64,000 nucleotides of DNA. Origin: Zancudomyces culisetae HAW-14-8 (lineage: Eukaryota; Fungi; Kickxellomycota). Shown one piece after another: positions 58,578-64,000 of this stretch. Both the position numbers and the translations under genes were made by a program. The stretch lies in the NCBI GenBank assembly GCA_052426225.1, contig JBNJNM010000012.1:248001-312000 (forward strand), given 5' to 3'. The stretch's first letter is position 1. Each line of letters begins with the position of its first letter. Below the pieces are notes generated by a model. It was not told the DNA's origin, did not search any database, and worked only from the letters and a program-made list of their open reading frames with translations.

Positions 58578-60899
58578 CTAAGACGAAATCTTAACTTTTT
58601 TGCTTGCCTTCTTGATGTGGGAAAAGATTTTGTCTTTATTCGTCTTGTGCACATCTTTTCCGCTCACAATCCGCGCTATATCCACCAACACATTATGGTT
58701 TCCCAATATTCCGACATGATCAACAATATTAGAGTCGGTGTATACGCGCCCCAGATAGTAACCGATTGCAGAAATCCTTCGCTGAATGTATTCCCTTGTG
58801 ACTGTCTTTACCCCATGTGGATTATATTTCTTCAAATTCCACCCATGTGCAGGCATGTATCCCAATGATAGCAGATTTACTGATCCATCCCCATCACCTT
58901 CTATCACACCATTACTAACACCATGTTTTGGGTCAGATACTGTGACATCGATCATGTAGTTCCAACCGTTGTCGCGCTTATCACACGCTTTAGCTTCAAC
59001 ACCACCGGTATTTTTCATTTGATCGCAATCATTTGACTCATCAGTTTTCTTATAGTAATACCCTCTCTCTGATGGAACTCCAACCCCATACATAGAGTAT
59101 ATAGTCATATTTGGTGCATTAGGAAGTTGGAGTGTTAGTGGGTTTGAAAAAGTTGCAAAATTGTCTTTATTTTTTTCAAATTGGTCAACATCATCAAATA
59201 CCCCCAATTCAATCTCACCACTAACTCTTGTTCGCACTTGAGGATCTATTGTCTCTAGCGCCAATTCTATACTCTCAGAAACAGTCAGATTTTTTGTTGT
59301 CATATTCCCATTTTCACTCTTTTCACGTATAGTAAAAAAAGATCCATAGCTAAAATTCTTGTATTTTCTGCCAAGGTCCTCTGGTGAGTCCCGTGCATCA
59401 CCCCAAACCCTGGTCCCTCCTTTTGGGAGTAACGTCCCAAATGACCCCCAACTTCTATATAGCCGCGCCCTATCCCTTTTTCCAATTATACCCTCAAGTA
59501 TGTAGCTCGAAAACGGCTGCACAGTTTCTTTTGTTTCTCCGGATAGAATTCCAGGAAGGATCTTGGGGGCGCCAAGAAGGGCTCCAGCTATATTTACCCA
59601 TGCCTCTACATGCTCATTCACCCAACCTTCACCACCTTTTCCCAGCTTGTCCGACTCTACCCATTTCAAAAAGCTTAAAATAAGCGGTGCACCCATCGAG
59701 TGTGATATCAAAACTACCTTTTCGTTGTTAATTTTTTTCAACAATTCGATTTGTGTTTTGAGCTGTGTAAAATATCCATCTCTTTTTTCCAAATTTATAA
59801 GCGATAATCTCCAGTCATATGAGGCCATGTGCATGTTATTATTATCATACCCTAGTTCTGATAAGTTGTCAATAACCTTTGCCCAAACCCAGTACCCTGT
59901 CATAAAATAATCCGCAGACTCCAGCCCCTTTGCTGCCCTAAGTCTAATTCCTGGAGGATCTAAGCCTGTTTTTTCATCCAGAGTCATATGCTCAAGCCAG
60001 CAGGCTCTGTCCGATAAAAGCGCCTGTAACATCGATACGGTTCCCCAGACCCTCTTTCTAAAGTATTTTTGAAAGCAACCTTTGGTACTCCAATTTTCTA
60101 GCCCAGAAGTTACAGCACCAGGAACCATCACCACAGGATGTTTGGCCTTTAACCCTTTCTCTTTCTTCAGTGTTTTTGCTGGCTCGAATAGTCCACTAGT
60201 TTGTAAATATCGTTTTTCTTCGTGTTCAAATTCGTGTTCAATATTTTCATCTGCTTTCCAGTCAAAATTCAGTCCCGATGTCATATTCAGCCCAAAAAAA
60301 TCTGTTGGCATATTCATCTGAAAATATCTATAAAAGCTAATATCGCCTAATGGATTGATTAGGTAGTCTTGGAAATAAGACATCCGCATTTCAGCGTATT
60401 CAGTTTTTTTGACCATCACCGCTGTTAGTAGCATACCAAGTAGAATTCCTAATACAAACCAAAACCGCCTTCTCTCGTGTATATCCTTTTTCCCCACCAA
60501 CTCCTTTTGAATAACGGAATCTTCGAAATATTGTTCTGAGTTACCCGCGGTGCTTCCTTTCATGAGATATCTACTAATTTTTTTAATTGCCTGTGAAGTC
60601 AGTGGATCAGAAAATTTTCTAGATTTTCTCCTCTCTTTCCTAGAGGAAGTTGGACTTGTCGAAGATTCTGGATTCGCATCACTCTTTCTAGCTCTATTTC
60701 TAAATTCTTCTGCGCTATGTGGCTTTATACCTGACTTTTCGACAGACCCTTCTGTGTTTATTGCATTTTTTGAACTTATACTAGACCCCCCTCCTGTCGT
60801 TTTTTTAGATTTCGTTTTCTGATAACTAGAGCTGCTGTTTTCTCCAGGTGATTCCGCACTCAGTAGCTCTCTAAATATCTGAAATATACTTTGTACCAT
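58578..60899 (-). CDS. LRO1: Phospholipid:diacylglycerol acyltransferase (LCAT-like)
   Basis: RRFWFVLG TM segment, HPVVMVPG..SGLENW, YFRKRVWG, GLDPPGIRLRAA, GYWVWAKVI, ASYDWRL, SHSMG, LPKGG, LPNAP, GDGDGSVNLLSLG. Confidence 0.95.
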   Translation of the reverse strand: MVQSIFQIFRELLSAESPGENSSSSYQKTKSKKTTGGGSSISSKNAINTEGSVEKSGIKPHSAEEFRNRARKSDANPESSTSPTSSRKERRKSRKFSDPLTSQAIKKISRYLMKGSTAGNSEQYFEDSVIQKELVGKKDIHERRRFWFVLGILLGMLLTAVMVKKTEYAEMRMSYFQDYLINPLGDISFYRYFQMNMPTDFFGLNMTSGLNFDWKADENIEHEFEHEEKRYLQTSGLFEPAKTLKKEKGLKAKHPVVMVPGAVTSGLENWSTKGCFQKYFRKRVWGTVSMLQALLSDRACWLEHMTLDEKTGLDPPGIRLRAAKGLESADYFMTGYWVWAKVIDNLSELGYDNNNMHMASYDWRLSLINLEKRDGYFTQLKTQIELLKKINNEKVVLISHSMGAPLILSFLKWVESDKLGKGGEGWVNEHVEAWVNIAGALLGAPKILPGILSGETKETVQPFSSYILEGIIGKRDRARLYRSWGSFGTLLPKGGTRVWGDARDSPEDLGRKYKNFSYGSFFTIREKSENGNMTTKNLTVSESIELALETIDPQVRTRVSGEIELGVFDDVDQFEKNKDNFATFSNPLTLQLPNAPNMTIYSMYGVGVPSERGYYYKKTDESNDCDQMKNTGGVEAKACDKRDNGWNYMIDVTVSDPKHGVSNGVIEGDGDGSVNLLSLGYMPAHGWNLKKYNPHGVKTVTREYIQRRISAIGYYLGRVYTDSNIVDHVGILGNHNVLVDIARIVSGKDVHKTNKDKIFSHIKKASKKVKISS

Positions 60900-62603
60900 T
60901 ATCCACTTGTTATTCTTTTTAAAGTTTTTTACTCGCTTTGTTTTATAATCACTATGGTTTCGAATTCTATTTTAAAACAATTTTTTTGTTTTTATTTCCT
61001 AAATGAAACTTCAATACGGCATATACAAAAAAATTAATATTAATATACTGTATTTTTCTTTTTCTCACCTCGCTATATACGGTTTTATCCCGTATTTCGT
61101 GTTTTGTATCCCTCAGTTCTGTATTGACCTAATACCTGTATGTGTACAGAAGGGGTGCTTAAATGTATAGTTCCAAAGTTTTCTTTTAAAGGTAAATTTA
61201 TAATTGCTATTGCTTTGTCTTCAACCTGACTTCAAAGTTCATGTCTAGCCCAACTTACACAATTAAATTACTGGAAAATCGTATTTTTCACATGCTCGGT
61301 GGTGGGTTGGGAAATATAAAAAAACATTCCTTTTTTTGGGGTCAGAGACAAGCCCAACAATCCATTTATTTGTTGATTTGCGCCAAACTAAAGTTTGCTT
61401 ATGAAAATTTAATAAAAAAGTTCGTTTTTATGCACCAATAGCATCACCCTTCAATTCTTTTCCGGAATTTACATTCGTGGTCTTTACCACGACTTTTCAT
61501 GTCGCCATACTATTGCGAAAGAGTGAATGTGGTCCGAGATCGGCATCATTTGTTATTTGATGCAAAAAAGATAAAAAGAAAAAAGCCACATAATTTGCCA
61601 AAGAGTGATATCACCTACCTACTGTTCCTCTAAAATAATATTATTGTGCTGCCCAACTCATTGCTGCTCTACTAGGAGGCTTTTTTTTTTACTTCTTCAC
61701 ATCCGAGAATATAAAATACTTTTTTTAGTTTTCTAGTCATGATAGTTATGGTTTAGAAGGGTTTGTACATGTCGCTATAAATTGTTACCAAATACCCACT
61801 AGTTCGTCAATTTCAATTCAAAGCATAGATTTGGGACGAGAATGCTTTTATTAACTATGCCTTTATCTCGCTGGTCTGTTATTTTTTGTCCATTCACTTT
61901 TGGTTGTATACATTTTTTTAGTCAGCCATATCTCTATACATTCTCACAACTCCATATTTCAGTGAATAAACAGTAATAAACAAATTTGCTTTGCTCTGCC
62001 AATAGCTAGTCATAACTTTTCGATTTTTTTAATAAAGACTTTTTGCGCTTACTACCACTTATCTATCACAAATAATCTTTATATATTGAATATCTTTATC
62101 TCACTAACGCATCCACTTTCTAAAAATAATTCGCATAAATAGTGTCTCAGCAGCACAATTTCAGTTTATTTCAGAACTAACATCGAGTTGACTAATCGTC
62201 TAGTTTTGTCTTTGTCTGGTGCCTTAGTCCAGACTGAACTTTATATCTGTTTTCAAACGTAAAGCAGAGTTTCCTCCTTTGAATCATGTGAATGCGTTTT
62301 CTGTTGGCATTTTTTATTGTAAACAAAGATATCCAATTACTTGCACGTTTAATTGGTTTGTGTTAGTTTCTATTTTATTTATTTATAAAAAACAGAAACA
62401 AATCGAAAAAAATCGAAAAAAATTCAAGATACCAAATTTCCTCCAACATCAAACTCCCTCATTGAAATAAGAACATAACAAAAACCTAAGATTCCGGCAA
62501 CCAAATTTAATTTAATTATACGGACACCTGCTTTGAATCAATTTCATGCTTCTAAACTTCAAGAATTGTATAATCCTACGAATAAAGTATCAAGCCGAAT
62601 ACG

Positions 62604-64000
62604 ATGGAAATTGTGAGTACTTTACAAACTGCATTTCCGGGTAGGGAACAACAGATCGCGACACTAACCAAGTACATAGGAAATGTAAGAAACACATCAC
62701 TCTCAGCTTACACTTTTATCATTTATACGTATTATTTTCTTGTTAAAAATAAAGAATCTGAAAACTCTAAATGATTTCAATAATAAAAAGTTTGAATTGT
62801 TTTACTTTGTAACAGGGTCGAAATTATTCACCACCTTTTATATATATACAAGGTCAGTCAGCCACAGGAAAAACAAGTATAATGAGTAGAATAATCGATC
62901 TTGTTGAAACCAGCGTTGAACCTGCAGAAAATGAGGATCCCAGAATTTTATTGTCACTTGTTAACTGTATCGAATGCCTTTACCCAAAGAATTTGCTAGA
63001 AAAAACTATTCAAAGATGGGTAGCGTCTATTCAATCAGAATCAAAAGACTTAAAAACAAAGCTAAAATGCGAAAACGTGACAGATTTTTATGAGCTGATG
63101 TTAGGGACACCAGAGCTTAGGGCAAATAAAAAAATGATGGTATGAAAACATTTTATATCTTTTTTTGTTCAACAGCCGGACATGGTTCATTATCTCTTTT
63201 TGATTTTGCTACAACTAGAGTTAATGTGTCTTTTTACGGAATTTACTTTATAAAGTTTATATATACATTAGATTATAGATAATGCAGAAAGAATACGAGG
63301 TTTTGGGCCTCATTTTTTACCATCACTATTACAGCTGACACAAGAGGTATTTGCTATGTTGAATTATTCTATATTAACCCAAGATAATACGTTAATGTCG
63401 GTACTAACTTTGCGTTTTTCTTATTTTTGATTTTAGATAGATTTTCATGTAGTACTGATTAGTCAAATACCTTGGGAAAGCATCAGGCCGCCATTAGGAT
63501 CATACACAGAGCCAATATTTGTACATTTTCCTCGGTATACCAAATCGGAGATAGTGCAGATATTGGAGTTAAACTGTCCCACAGACGAACCACAATGGTT
63601 TTTTAAAAACTTTGCAGACTCGATTTACGAAACATTTCATCGAAACTGTAACAACCTAACTGAGCTAAAAAGGCTCGTCATTCTTCTTTATCCAAAGTAT
63701 GTCCAACCGGTATTCGAAAAACAAGGTGTGTATCCACTATGAATATTTTTTTCCCCTATTAATCAATACTCCTTGTGTCATACCCGAGCATTTGGGTTTT
63801 ACTTTGTATATAGCCGACGTTTTTATTATATTCATTGATCGTTTAGCTAATTACTTGGTTTATTTACATTTCCCAATTTTTTTTTCCATGTAAAAATAGC
63901 AACTAGACACGAAACTGCCAGACTGTACAAACTATGTCAACCATACTTTGTTTCAGCAGTAGAGAAGCTGTTTCTTCGAGATATTTCGAGCAGCGAGTGG
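62604..64000 (+). CDS. ORC5: Origin recognition complex subunit 5 (AAA+), 3'-partial; at least 5 exons
   Basis: FPGREQQI..|PPFIYIQGQSATGKT (Walker A), VNCIEC, |IIDNAERIR, |VLISQIPWE..FVHFPRYTKSEIVQIL, YPKYVQP; runs off the window end. Confidence 0.88.

Noticed and set aside
2272-60822. Many long antisense or overlapping ORFs (e.g. 2272-3042, 9237-9917, 12987-13595, 43478-44029)
   Set aside because: S/F/L-rich shadows of purine-rich coding strands, with no motifs.
1-64000. tRNAs, U12-type introns, TGA-CTA read-through PTS1 extensions, transposases/LTRs, CRISPR arrays
   Set aside because: Searched by eye. GTTCGA hits lack cloverleafs, no modelled intron has an RTATCCTT donor, and no stop context, TE domain or repeat-spacer array was seen. 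A manual search can miss divergent cases.

Overview
Eukaryotic, AT-rich, intron-containing genomic DNA. Gene content and style point to a fungus, probably an early-diverging lineage such as Harpellales/Kickxellomycotina (an inference, not a database result). I can support 21 protein-coding genes, many rebuilt across GT-AG introns that the ORF track splits. In order: NAD kinase, Mkk1/Pek1-type MAPKK, TFIP11/Spp382, glucosidase I (CWH41), VPS25, RPC53, NUDCD1, a Pcl/Clg1-type cyclin, RPL37, an SSSCA1/ZNRD2-like protein, NTE1, a neutral sphingomyelinase-like EEP enzyme, PhoD, ECH1, ATG15, ADE12, ETF-alpha, VPS11, inositol monophosphatase, LRO1 and a partial ORC5. I saw no tRNA, rRNA, transposon or CRISPR array. 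Best leads: (1) five consecutive lipid/phosphoester-turnover genes at 32-46 kb, with related genes out to 61 kb; (2) a C/D-box-like element whose guide falls in register on the known U6 Am70 methylation site; (3) a GC-rich, highly foldable non-coding island next to RPL37; (4) a repeated G-to-C skew reversal along long genes; (5) a GC-AG intron in CWH41. All novel-system claims are hypotheses that need the checks listed.
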